Source of the DNA: an uncultured Methanolobus sp.
GTDB lineage: Archaea; Halobacteriota; Methanosarcinia; Methanosarcinales; Methanosarcinaceae
DNA: 64,000 nt
Reading direction: 5' to 3'
Assembly: GCA_963675495.1 (NCBI GenBank)
Contig: OY776215.1
Span: 1,888,001 to 1,952,000 of the forward strand
Below are positions 20,022-29,663 of the stretch, piece after piece. Both the position numbers and the translations under genes were made by a program. Below the pieces are notes generated by a model that searched no databases, was not told the origin of the DNA, and was given only the letters and a program-made list of their open reading frames with translations. Every line of letters begins with the position of its first letter. Within the stretch, counting starts at the first letter, position 1.

Positions 20022-21215
20022 ATGGTAGCAAGATCAAGGAAAATAGCAGTTCAGGACGATAATTCAGAACAAGTTGACAAACATACAGAAGAAAAAGGTA
20101 TACTTCTTTTTGAAACCACAGGCAAAGAGAAAGTATACAGGTATAAAGATTCTATCTTGTTAAGTTTGCCTGAGGGGAGAAATACACTTACAACTTCATG
20201 GTTGAACGGTGGTTACAGGGAAGACATGAGGACAATTTTCAATCATATGGTTCCAAAAAGTAAGCATGCTCCAAAGGATCTTGATGGTGGCAACATTCCT
20301 GCTTACCTGACCATTATTGCAAAAAGGCTGGGTGCAGATCCTGATACATCTTCAGGGCTGTTGACAGCTGCTAATATGGATAATGTTTCAATCGTGACCA
20401 AATCTTTCCGTGGTGTAGAGGTAACTGCTGTCATGACTGCGGGTATTGAGGTTAATGGGGGGCGTGTAGGTGACCCAGCATCTTATTATCAGGAAGATGG
20501 TTCTCATCAGTTCATTCAGGGAACTATTAACACTATGTTGGTAATAGGGGCCAACCTTCCACCATATGCTATGACAAGAGCTGTGGTTACTGCCTCTGAA
20601 GCAAAGACTGCCGCCTTGCAGCAGTTGATGGCACCCAGTCGCTATTCTACTGGAATTGCCACAGGTTCAGGAACAGATATGATAGCTGTTGTCGCAGACT
20701 CTACAAGTTCTCTTTTGTTGACAGATGCAGGTCAGCATTCCAAGCTTGGTGAGCTTATAGGGAAAGTTGTGATCGAATGCACGCTTAAAGCACTTGAGAT
20801 GCAGTCGGATCTGACCCCACTTTCCCAGAGAGATATACTCGTGAGGCTTGAACGTTTTGGAATAGAAGAGACTAGGTACTGGAAAGTTGCATCACATATG
20901 AATGGGGATAATCGCAAAGCGGTTTTTTTAAAAAAATTGCGGGAAATGTCAAAGGATCCTGTACTAGTAGGGGCAACAGGTTCAATATTGCATATTGTAG
21001 ATGAGATATCATGGGGTCTTGTTCCTGAAACTGCTGGCAGGAAGGTAGCTGTTTCTATTATGAAAGGATTGCCTGAAATGCTTGATATAGATGTTCCCAT
21101 TCCTTTTGATGAACTGACTGACGAAAAAGATACAATAATTGACAATTGGATCCGTGTTACTGCCTGGTTGGCGAAAAATTGTGATCCCGAAGATATTTGT
21201 AATTCCAGAAAATGA
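20022..21215 (+). CDS. cbiZ: Adenosylcobinamide amidohydrolase
   Basis: NGG, GLLTAA.M, TAG..N, GTIN, EAK, ATGSGTD, G.HSKLGELIG. Confidence 0.88.
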   Translation: MVARSRKIAVQDDNSEQVDKHTEEKGILLFETTGKEKVYRYKDSILLSLPEGRNTLTTSWLNGGYREDMRTIFNHMVPKSKHAPKDLDGGNIPAYLTIIAKRLGADPDTSSGLLTAANMDNVSIVTKSFRGVEVTAVMTAGIEVNGGRVGDPASYYQEDGSHQFIQGTINTMLVIGANLPPYAMTRAVVTASEAKTAALQQLMAPSRYSTGIATGSGTDMIAVVADSTSSLLLTDAGQHSKLGELIGKVVIECTLKALEMQSDLTPLSQRDILVRLERFGIEETRYWKVASHMNGDNRKAVFLKKLREMSKDPVLVGATGSILHIVDEISWGLVPETAGRKVAVSIMKGLPEMLDIDVPIPFDELTDEKDTIIDNWIRVTAWLAKNCDPEDICNSRK

Positions 21216-21232
21216 ATCCTCAGGGTGAGTAA

Positions 21233-22213
21233 ATGAAAGAACTGATGAATTTTTCTCTTTGTGATCATGACATGAAGATGTTCGATTCTAACTGGGGCAT
21301 GATAAGGAATTTCCTTGTCAGACATGACCTGGATGGTCTGGAACTCTTTGTGGATTCGTCTCCGCTTCCAGATGTGCCCGTTGATCTTATAGTGGGTGTA
21401 CATCTTCCTTATTGGATGGGGCGACATAGAGCCTGGGCTGATCCTTCTGCTTTTTCACAGGAAATGGAGGAGTTTGAGATGGCTTACGTTTTTGGTGGTA
21501 ACAGCCGCGAGGAAGTTATTGATAATTTCAGGGGGTCACTTGAGAATGCTGCACATCTGGATGCTTCGTATGCAGTGTTCCATGTTTCTTATGCCGAACT
21601 GGAACAGGTCTTTACACGTTGCTTTGATTGTACCGACCATGATGTGCTTGCAACAACTGCTGAATTCCTGAATGAGGCTGTCTCAATTTATCAGAATGGT
21701 GAACCACCGGTCAGGATATTCTTTGAGAATCTCTGGTGGCCAGGTCTTACATTCCTTGATTCCAAAAATGTTGAATATTTTACAGACCTTCTTGATTTCG
21801 AGAATTGGGCTTTCGTGCTGGATACCGGCCATCTTATGAATGCTACTATGAAGTGTGAAGATGAGGAATGCTCAATAGATGTTGTATTGGATCTACTTTC
21901 CACTCATTCTGAGGATTTTATCAAGCGAATTGAAGGCATGCATTTCCACTGCAGTTTATCAGGTGAGTTCATGCGTAACTCCATGGGAAACGAGGTTCCC
22001 AAGGGATTTGAAAATATGCATTTCAATGACCGTCTTTTATCGGTTATGGAGGTTCTTGAGCAGATGGACCATCATATGCCTTTTACCAGTGAGAAATGTT
22101 CTAAGATAGTTGACTTGGTATCTCCTGATTTTCTGACCCACGAATTTGTTTCAACTGATTTACAATCTCTCGATATGAAAATAGCTACACAGAAACGAGC
22201 ATTGTATGGGTGA
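21233..22213 (+). CDS. Xylose-isomerase-like TIM barrel (AP endonuclease 2 family) protein
   Basis: GLE, VHL, VFH, FENLWWPG, LDTGH, H.H, D.H, HE metal ligands. Confidence 0.8.
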   Translation: MKELMNFSLCDHDMKMFDSNWGMIRNFLVRHDLDGLELFVDSSPLPDVPVDLIVGVHLPYWMGRHRAWADPSAFSQEMEEFEMAYVFGGNSREEVIDNFRGSLENAAHLDASYAVFHVSYAELEQVFTRCFDCTDHDVLATTAEFLNEAVSIYQNGEPPVRIFFENLWWPGLTFLDSKNVEYFTDLLDFENWAFVLDTGHLMNATMKCEDEECSIDVVLDLLSTHSEDFIKRIEGMHFHCSLSGEFMRNSMGNEVPKGFENMHFNDRLLSVMEVLEQMDHHMPFTSEKCSKIVDLVSPDFLTHEFVSTDLQSLDMKIATQKRALYG

Positions 22214-22345
22214 TTTTTGTATCCATATTATTGCGGGCGCACAGTCTTCATATTTATATTCTATCTGTCATATTTATAAAATGGTCTGTTAAATGGACCG
22301 TTTATGTGGAAAAGTATATATTCAACTCGACATGTACTCTTAATT

Positions 22346-22900
22346 ATGAGTACTCTCGATAACAATGATTCCGAGAATCCAGAAAATATGGACCGATTGA
22401 AACTTTTTAGTGCACTTGGAAGTGAAACCAGACTAAGAATGTTACAACAGCTTACTGAGGGTGAAATGCATATATCTGAACTTGCAAGGATGCTAAGTAT
22501 TTCTGTTCCGGTTGCTGCAAAGCATGCAAATATACTTGAAGCCGCTGACCTCATACAGCGTAAGGTGTATGGTAAAACCCATGTTTTACAATTGAATAAT
22601 AAGAACATTTTCCATGCATTGGATATATTTGCACCTTCCAGAACGGTTGAAGTGGAAAAGGGCGCAACACTTCTGCAAGCACTTAAAAAGGCTGCAGTAG
22701 TGGAAGTGAAGAACGTTCACGGACAGGATAACATTGTTTCCACAAATGGTGAAGAAGGTTTCTTTATATATGAGGTGGATGGTGAATTCTCTGAACAGAA
22801 TGTCAATGACTATAAATTTGACAAAGAAGGAACAGTCATGTGGAAGAAGCTGGAACCAATAAGCATCTTAAAGGTGAATGTCAAATTCAAAAAGGAATGA
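22346..22900 (+). CDS. ArsR-type HTH regulator with C-terminal beta-grasp (DUF4430/transcobalamin-like) domain
   Basis: FSALGSETRL..L...EMHISELA..H..IL..ADLI HTH; C-terminal VEVEKGATLLQAL..IYEVDGE..VNDY..VMW. Confidence 0.75.
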   Translation: MSTLDNNDSENPENMDRLKLFSALGSETRLRMLQQLTEGEMHISELARMLSISVPVAAKHANILEAADLIQRKVYGKTHVLQLNNKNIFHALDIFAPSRTVEVEKGATLLQALKKAAVVEVKNVHGQDNIVSTNGEEGFFIYEVDGEFSEQNVNDYKFDKEGTVMWKKLEPISILKVNVKFKKE

Positions 22901-23084
22901 TATTTTTTTAGTAGTCAGGAACCATCAAATTCATTATTTTTTTGGTCCCTTATTTTTCTTTTTTTCTTTTGAAATCCATTGTCAGCTCCTTTTTCAGTGG
23001 TGAGATGTCCATCTACATGCTTTGGTGAATACTTTCACCCTGCTTGCCAGTGGCTTATATCTGCATCTGGCATATTGTCTATTA

Positions 23085-24227
23085 ATGATTCCCAGAAATC
23101 CTGTTAATGAGCACCATATGACGCTTATGGAAAGGATGAGACTGCTGTCTGAAGGTACCAAATATGATAGTTGCAACCAGAGTGCAGTCTGCCATGCTTT
23201 CGGACCCGATGGTCGTTGCATACAACTCTACAAGACTTTGATGACAAATTCATGTTCAGGGGAGTGCACATATTGTCCGAACAGGTGTGGCAGGGATTCT
23301 GTGCGTGCATCATTAAGCCCGGAAGAAATCGTAAAGATCACATGGTCTTTCTACCGAAGAAATGCAATAGAAGGCCTGTTCCTGTCCTCTGGTGTGATAG
23401 GGGATTCCGAAAGGACGGCAGAGAAGCAATTAGATGTTGCAAGACTTCTGAGAGGGCAGGGATTTACCGGTTATATCCATATTCGAGTAATGCCAGGTAC
23501 TCCAAAATATTTGCTTGAGGAAATTGCTGATTATGCAAATAAGTTCGGCGTGAATGCAGAAACTACAAACTCACTTAATTATTCGGAAATATGCCCGAAT
23601 TTTGATTATCAAAATGATGTACTCCAGCGTTTACAATGGACACGGGATCTTATTAATAAAAAAAGACGAGAGCCAGGTTCCAGGAGTCGGATAATTGGTG
23701 CCAATGATACTCAGTTTGTGGTTGGAGCCCTGCAGGAATCTGACAGGGAGATAATCGGAACTGTTGAGAAGTTCATGGACAGATACGAATTGAGAAGGCC
23801 TTACTTTATGAGCTTCGACCCGGTTCCATTCACTCCTCTTGAAAACAATGAGCCTTCTCCCCAGTGGAGAGAAGCAAGATTATATCAGACTTCCTATCTT
23901 TTGAAGGACTATGGTATGAGTGCCAATGACCTGGATTCTGTTCTTGACGATAATGGCTTTCTTTGCGATACAGATCCTAAAATGCTCCTTGCATCGTGTC
24001 GTCCTGATATGTTTCCAGTGGACGTAAATTCTGCAAGCAGGAACGAATTGCTCACTGTGCCTGGGATTGGTCCTGTGGGGGCCAACAGGATAATTCAGTC
24101 AAGGCCTATAGCATCGGAAAAGGAACTTGCGCGCATGGGTGTTGTTCTTGGTCGTGCACGTCCGTTCATTGAAATAAACGGGAAAAAACAGACAAACTTA
24201 TTCTCGTTTACGGGGGTGGGTGCATGA
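23085..24227 (+). CDS. Putative DNA modification/repair radical SAM protein with C-terminal HhH (TIGR03916-like)
   Basis: KYD.C, CH.F.PDGRC, CxxxCxxC (CSGECTYC), IEGLFLSSG, RE.RLYQ, VDVN.A..LL.VPGIG; ATG 23085 lies about 25 nt after TTATAT. Confidence 0.85.
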   Translation: MIPRNPVNEHHMTLMERMRLLSEGTKYDSCNQSAVCHAFGPDGRCIQLYKTLMTNSCSGECTYCPNRCGRDSVRASLSPEEIVKITWSFYRRNAIEGLFLSSGVIGDSERTAEKQLDVARLLRGQGFTGYIHIRVMPGTPKYLLEEIADYANKFGVNAETTNSLNYSEICPNFDYQNDVLQRLQWTRDLINKKRREPGSRSRIIGANDTQFVVGALQESDREIIGTVEKFMDRYELRRPYFMSFDPVPFTPLENNEPSPQWREARLYQTSYLLKDYGMSANDLDSVLDDNGFLCDTDPKMLLASCRPDMFPVDVNSASRNELLTVPGIGPVGANRIIQSRPIASEKELARMGVVLGRARPFIEINGKKQTNLFSFTGVGA

Positions 24228-25069
24228 TAGTGGCCTTCAGGGAAAATGTAGAAGGTGTTTTGCTTGCCTGTGATGCGCTCTTAGGTAATCCGGATTGTGA
24301 TCTCATTTCCGCAAAGGACAGAGATGGGCTGAAACAAAAGATGGAGTTTACAGGAGTTGATGAAGTGAAAACTCTGGGATTCAGATGTATGGTAGATACA
24401 ACAAAGCTTGTATGCAACATATTTGGAAAACGGGGTTCAAGAATGTTTCAGCGTGATCCGGATGTTGAAGGGTACATAGCAATGGTATTGAGACATCGAA
24501 GCTCGCGACCGATCGAACTGGTACATTTTCTGTGTTCTTGTGAGGGGAATGCCGAACTTCTTTATTCAGGTAAGAGCAGCACGGGTAAAAAATATTACAA
24601 TTACATGCGGGATGTAAGTCGTTCATATCATCGTTTGTGCATGTTTGCACGGCCTGCTTTTGTTAATGGGGTGTTGTCTGTCAAAATAGAGTCATCACAT
24701 CAGATAGGAGATCTCTTCTGTCGCTGGCTTTCAAGGAAAAACCCCGACCTTCCTGTTTCGGTAATAGAGGGGGACATTGCCTGGATAGGAAATGGCGCTC
24801 ATGTAGGCCTTGAACACTTCACAAAGGTGCCTTCTTCATTGGCAGGTAGCCTTGAGTTTACCAATGAACGTGATGAGGTTGATGATCTGTGGGATATGTA
24901 CTACGATTCTCAGATGATTCACAACCGGAGAAATAAAAGCCATGCCAAGCAGCTGCAACCAAAGGCTTCTGCATCCATGAGCAAGATGTCGGAAAGGGAC
25001 CGGTACAAGGTTGAAAAAGGTATTGCGAACTGCACCCTGGATTCTTTTGCGTCTGAGTTGGAGGTATAA
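24224..25069 (+). CDS. DUF4130 / TIGR03915-like DNA metabolism protein
   Basis: V.R..HRL..F.R and LW..YY.S..I..R.N motifs; ATGA overlap with the radical SAM gene. Confidence 0.75.
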   Translation: MIVAFRENVEGVLLACDALLGNPDCDLISAKDRDGLKQKMEFTGVDEVKTLGFRCMVDTTKLVCNIFGKRGSRMFQRDPDVEGYIAMVLRHRSSRPIELVHFLCSCEGNAELLYSGKSSTGKKYYNYMRDVSRSYHRLCMFARPAFVNGVLSVKIESSHQIGDLFCRWLSRKNPDLPVSVIEGDIAWIGNGAHVGLEHFTKVPSSLAGSLEFTNERDEVDDLWDMYYDSQMIHNRRNKSHAKQLQPKASASMSKMSERDRYKVEKGIANCTLDSFASELEV

Positions 25070-27183
25070 TGTTAGCTGATGTCAGGACTTTACAGGATAT
25101 TCCTCGCATAGGGGACAAAATGTCGAAACGTTTTGTAGAGCATTTCGGTAGTGAAAATCAGGCACTTGACGTTATACTTGCCGGTGATATCGCCAGTATT
25201 TCCGAGGTAGAGGGTATTGGTCAACGTTATGCGATCTCTCTTATACAGGATGTAGCTTCCAGAGTTGAAGGAGTTAATGTCTCTGATTTTTTGAGAACCA
25301 AGGAGGCAATGGATGTCTATGAAAAATTGCTTGACCTAGTAAAGGAATTTGCTCATACCCGATATTCCAAAGATAAACTACATGTTTTTTTCCCGTATCC
25401 TTCTAGCAAGATCCAAAAGATAATGCAGGTCCGTGAATCAGTTTCGTATTACATGGAAACTGCCAATCTGCTTGAGGGGGATGGGACTATTGTTGACTTG
25501 TTGTCAAAAGCCACACAGTTAAATTTTAAACACCAGTGCCCCAAGATTCGCGACAGGGTTATCATAACATCTGACCATGATAGTTACGAGTATGCAAGAA
25601 AACGGTTTGCAGGATTGGTTGATGTAAACTTTGCACGTTCCCTTTCTGAATTCATAGATGTTTCAAGGGGTTTCTCTCAGGTTATTGCTGTGGGAGATGA
25701 TTACCTGTCATTTGATCTTCCAGAAGATGTGGACCCTGAATTCTATTCTGACTTACAGGAAATAGATGATTTCAAGGTTATACCTGAAAAAGAAATAGTG
25801 GCATTTTCCCGCAATCTCAAATCGATAGAATCTTCTATTAAAGTGATAAGGTTGCTCCGTTCCAGGGGAATTAGTTTCTTTGACAGCATGGATGATGATA
25901 AACTTGAGTTGCTTGCTTCTACATTGGCTCTTATAGACGAGAGTGGTGATATTGTCTATGGGACTGATGAGGAAGTGGACCGAATTTCGGATGCAAAAGA
26001 CAAGCTTAGTTCTACTGTTACAGAAACTGTACGTATTGTAAATGATGGTCTGAACTCCTGTCTGGAAAATAGTCAGATGACACTCAGTGGACAGGATATG
26101 CTGAAAGTGATGAATGGTTCCATTGAGCTGAAAGAGATACTTGGAAAGAAGCTGCACAAAAGTTATTACTCCATTGTTAAAGAAGGTGCGGACAGAATAT
26201 GCAATGAACTTCAGCTTGAGAAAAAGGAAAGATTGATGGTCGATTCCTTTTTCCCGGAAGAGATTATGCATCCTGTGGAAGCAAATGTTGATAATCTTAA
26301 TGCTTTGAAACAGCACCTGAATAAAAAGGCCCTGAAAAGAAAATTCGATCATAAGCGTGAAGTCTCACGCATATTGTCTTCCTACAAAACAATTGTTCGG
26401 GAAATGGTTCGCGAAGTACTTGATTTTGATGTGGGATTTGCAATCGGTTCTTTTGCTCTTGCATATGATCTTGTTATGCCTACAATTATAGATGGTACAG
26501 GCATTGGTTTTAATGGTGGAAGGAACCTGTTTTTGCTTTCCAGACATGGTGATGTGGTACCAATTGACTATTCAGTGGGTGAGAACGGTTTCAGTCCTAA
26601 AAGTGAGGCCAGCAGGGTCGTACTTTTGAGTGGCGTCAATTCAGGAGGTAAAACCTCCCTTCTGGAACTTCTTGCCCAGAGCAGTATCCTTGCCCAGATG
26701 GGATTTCCTGTTCCTGCACAGCATATGGAACTATCTCTTACTGAGTCGATGTACTACTTTGCTAAATCAAAAGGTACATTAGATGCAGGTGCATTTGAAA
26801 CGACCCTTACTGAGTTCTCTGTGGTAGCTGATGATTCTGCAAAATTTGTATTGGCAGATGAGCTTGAATCCATCACAGAGCCTGGAGCTTCTGCAAAGAT
26901 CATGGCTGGAATACTTGAAGTTTTAACCGAGAATGAAAGCACTATGTCTATATTTGTGTCACATCTTTCAGAGCAGATAGTGGAGAATACTACCTGTGAT
27001 ATCAGGGTTGATGGGATAGAGGCAAGCGGGCTGGATGCCGAGCTTAATTTAATAGTTGACAGGAGTCCCCGTTATAATTATGTTGCAAAAAGCACCCCTG
27101 AACTGATTGTAGAGAGGCTATCAAAAAAGACAGGCGGAAAAGAACAGGCTTTCTATGATAAATTAAGGAGTAAGTTTCAGTAG
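25069..27183 (+). CDS. Archaeal MutS-related ATPase with N-terminal helix-hairpin-helix motifs
   Basis: IPRIG and VEGIG HhH; GVNSGGKT Walker A, LAQMG.PVP, AGAFE, DELE, SH; no mismatch-binding or Smr domain evident. Confidence 0.85.
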   Translation: MLADVRTLQDIPRIGDKMSKRFVEHFGSENQALDVILAGDIASISEVEGIGQRYAISLIQDVASRVEGVNVSDFLRTKEAMDVYEKLLDLVKEFAHTRYSKDKLHVFFPYPSSKIQKIMQVRESVSYYMETANLLEGDGTIVDLLSKATQLNFKHQCPKIRDRVIITSDHDSYEYARKRFAGLVDVNFARSLSEFIDVSRGFSQVIAVGDDYLSFDLPEDVDPEFYSDLQEIDDFKVIPEKEIVAFSRNLKSIESSIKVIRLLRSRGISFFDSMDDDKLELLASTLALIDESGDIVYGTDEEVDRISDAKDKLSSTVTETVRIVNDGLNSCLENSQMTLSGQDMLKVMNGSIELKEILGKKLHKSYYSIVKEGADRICNELQLEKKERLMVDSFFPEEIMHPVEANVDNLNALKQHLNKKALKRKFDHKREVSRILSSYKTIVREMVREVLDFDVGFAIGSFALAYDLVMPTIIDGTGIGFNGGRNLFLLSRHGDVVPIDYSVGENGFSPKSEASRVVLLSGVNSGGKTSLLELLAQSSILAQMGFPVPAQHMELSLTESMYYFAKSKGTLDAGAFETTLTEFSVVADDSAKFVLADELESITEPGASAKIMAGILEVLTENESTMSIFVSHLSEQIVENTTCDIRVDGIEASGLDAELNLIVDRSPRYNYVAKSTPELIVERLSKKTGGKEQAFYDKLRSKFQ

Positions 27184-27203
27184 CTGAAACTACACTGTTT
27201 AGA

Positions 27204-27779
27204 TTAAAGCACGCCTTTAGTGCTTTTTATTTCTTCTCCTTCGATGACCATGGCTCTTCTAAGGGCGTAGGCGAATGCCTTGAAAAGTGCTTCTATCTTG
27301 TGGTGGTCATTATCACCGTAAACGTGGACATGCATATTTGTCTTTGAGTTCTGGGCAATGGCTTCAAAGAAATGAACTACCATCTGAGTGCTGAATTCTC
27401 CTACTTTTTGGGCTTTGAACTCTGCATCCATAACCAGGTAGCTGCGTCCTCCAAGGTCAAGAGCCACAGTTGCCAGTGCTTCATCCATTGGTATACGTGC
27501 TTCTCCGAATCTTGCAATGCCGGCTTTGTCAGCAAGTGCCTCTGCTATTGCTTGGCCCAAGACTATTCCAGTATCCTCTATCAGGTGATGGTCATCAACA
27601 ATGAGGTCGCCAGTAGCTTTTACAGTGAGGTTGAAGTTCCCATGCTTTGTGAATGCAGTGAGCATATGATCGAAAAATCCAATACCAGTGCTGATGTTTG
27701 CAAGGCCTTTTCCGTCAAGTTCCAGCTCAATATTGATGTCTGTTTCACTGGTTTTGCGTGATATATTTGCTTTTCTCAT
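27204..27779 (-). CDS. hisB: Imidazoleglycerol-phosphate dehydratase
   Basis: [36 protein letters not shown]. Confidence 0.97.
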   Translation of the reverse strand: MRKANISRKTSETDINIELELDGKGLANISTGIGFFDHMLTAFTKHGNFNLTVKATGDLIVDDHHLIEDTGIVLGQAIAEALADKAGIARFGEARIPMDEALATVALDLGGRSYLVMDAEFKAQKVGEFSTQMVVHFFEAIAQNSKTNMHVHVYGDNDHHKIEALFKAFAYALRRAMVIEGEEIKSTKGVL

Positions 27780-27804
27780 GGGTGCACCTGATTATTCTGG
27801 TGTT

Positions 27805-28545
27805 TTATAATTCTTCACTGATAATATTTATCGCTTCTGGAAGTGTGAACTTTCCGGTATATAATGCACTTCCGACAACAACTGCATCTGCACCGGTCTT
27901 TTTTAAGGCAATGAGGTCATCAAGGCTTGTAACGCCACCTGATGCGATTACAGGAATGCTGACTGACTTTACCAGTTCTTTAGTAGGTGTTGTATTGACA
28001 CCTTGCAGCAATCCTTCGGAATCTATGTTTGTAAAAAGAATACTTCCGGCACCAAGTTCTTCGAACCTGATTCCCATTTCAACTGCTGTGAATTCTGACT
28101 GTTTTTTCCATCCTTCAATGGCCACTTTACCATTCTTGGAATCAAGGGCAACGTTGATGTGTTTGCTTCCAAACGCATCTGCAAGTTCTTCGATGAGTTT
28201 CGGATTATTTATGGCTGCAGTGCTTAATATGACCCTGTCTACTCCGATATTTAACAAGTCAGCTGCATTTTTAAAAGAGCGTATTCCTCCGCCAACCTGA
28301 ATTTGCATTCCAAGCGGTTTGCATTCCTTTACTATTTTTTCGATAATAGGAGCATTCTTGCGTTCACCATCAATAGCACCATCAAGGTCTATGAGATGTA
28401 GTGTTTTTGCACCCTGGGATGCCCAGTCTTTGGCTACTGCCGCAGGATCATCTATTGAGACCATTTCACTGCCAGGAATTCCCTGAACCAGTTGTACACA
28501 TTTGCCGTTTCTCATGTCAACGGCAGGGATAATTTCAAAGGTCAT
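27805..28545 (-). CDS. hisA: ProFAR isomerase
   Basis: IIPAVD...GKCVQL.QG, DLDGA, QVGGGIRS, ASGG, GSALY. Confidence 0.96.
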   Translation of the reverse strand: MTFEIIPAVDMRNGKCVQLVQGIPGSEMVSIDDPAAVAKDWASQGAKTLHLIDLDGAIDGERKNAPIIEKIVKECKPLGMQIQVGGGIRSFKNAADLLNIGVDRVILSTAAINNPKLIEELADAFGSKHINVALDSKNGKVAIEGWKKQSEFTAVEMGIRFEELGAGSILFTNIDSEGLLQGVNTTPTKELVKSVSIPVIASGGVTSLDDLIALKKTGADAVVVGSALYTGKFTLPEAINIISEEL

Positions 28546-28551
28546 GCTACC

Positions 28552-29406
28552 TCAAGGCATCATTCGCTCGATAGGCACTACCAGTATGTCTTTGGCACCT
28601 GCCTTCTTGAGTTCACCCACCGTAGCAAAGATGGTGGCGGCGTCAACAACTGCATGTACTGCAAGTACTGAGTCATCTGATTCAACTTTCATTATCGTAG
28701 GGCCAGCCATTCCGGGAAGGACTTTCTTGATAGTTTCCAGTGAATCCGTAGCTACATTCATCATAAGGTAACGCTTTCCTTTTGCTCTTAGGACACTCTC
28801 AACGGCGGTTTGTATCTGCTCTATCTTACCGTTGTTTTCCTGCGTCTTCTTATTTGCAATAAGATATACTGATGATGTGAATGTTTTTTCTATCATTTTC
28901 AGATGATTTGTGACAAGGGTTGTGCCTGAGCTGGATATATCCACGATAGCATCGGCAATCCCTACGTGAGGTGTCATCTCACATGCACCACTAACCTTTA
29001 CTACTTCGATGTTTACTCCAAGGTTTTCGAAGTACTTGGCAGTTATATTTGGGAACTCAGTGGCAACGCGCATCCCTTCGAGTTCTTTTGCAGAAGTGAT
29101 GGGGGAATCTTCAGGTACAGCCAGAACGAGATTTGCACCTCCAAATTTAAGGTCAAGAAGTATTTCCACATCTGATTCTGTTTCATGTATAAGGTCCAGG
29201 CCAGTAATGCCTACGTCGGCTGCGCCATCCTGTACATATTCGGGAATGTCTGCTGCTCTTGCAAACAGGTAAGTGATCTCAGGATCGGTTGTTTTAGCAA
29301 AAAGTTTCCTTGTCCCACCTTCAAGTACAGGCAATCCTGCTTCTTTGAGGAGACTTACGGTGGGGTCATGTAAGCGCCCTTTATTGGGTATAGCAATACG
29401 TATCAT
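28552..29406 (-). CDS. hisG: ATP phosphoribosyltransferase (long form)
   Basis: IAIPNKGRL, RAADIP, GACE..P..G.ADAIVD..SSG.TL, C-terminal regulatory domain. Confidence 0.97.
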   Translation of the reverse strand: MIRIAIPNKGRLHDPTVSLLKEAGLPVLEGGTRKLFAKTTDPEITYLFARAADIPEYVQDGAADVGITGLDLIHETESDVEILLDLKFGGANLVLAVPEDSPITSAKELEGMRVATEFPNITAKYFENLGVNIEVVKVSGACEMTPHVGIADAIVDISSSGTTLVTNHLKMIEKTFTSSVYLIANKKTQENNGKIEQIQTAVESVLRAKGKRYLMMNVATDSLETIKKVLPGMAGPTIMKVESDDSVLAVHAVVDAATIFATVGELKKAGAKDILVVPIERMMP

Positions 29407-29663
29407 ATGGATCCTTCTGTGTAATTATAATCAGTATCAATTGAACGTTATTTGAAAGACTTTTATAGCATATAGACTTCACGCTGATTCATATTCCTTC
29501 TGTGAATTTAATAAATGCACATTAATTACTGGGGGTTATAATTACATATGGGTATTATTATATAGTGTATGGGTGCTAGGTATAGCGAAGGATACATAGT
29601 TAACTTTAATTATCTATTCTTATCTTTTACTTGTTTATTAATTGATATTCTAGAGGATTATAT

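Noticed and set aside
20732-21427. Long antisense ORFs (also 1959-2564, 25753-26352, 39860-40498, 61204-61776 and others)
   Set aside because: Shadow frames opposite well-supported genes with no motifs of their own
29566-29600. Small hairpin upstream of mat as a SAM riboswitch
   Set aside because: Only 4-6 bp stems and no recognisable SAM riboswitch consensus
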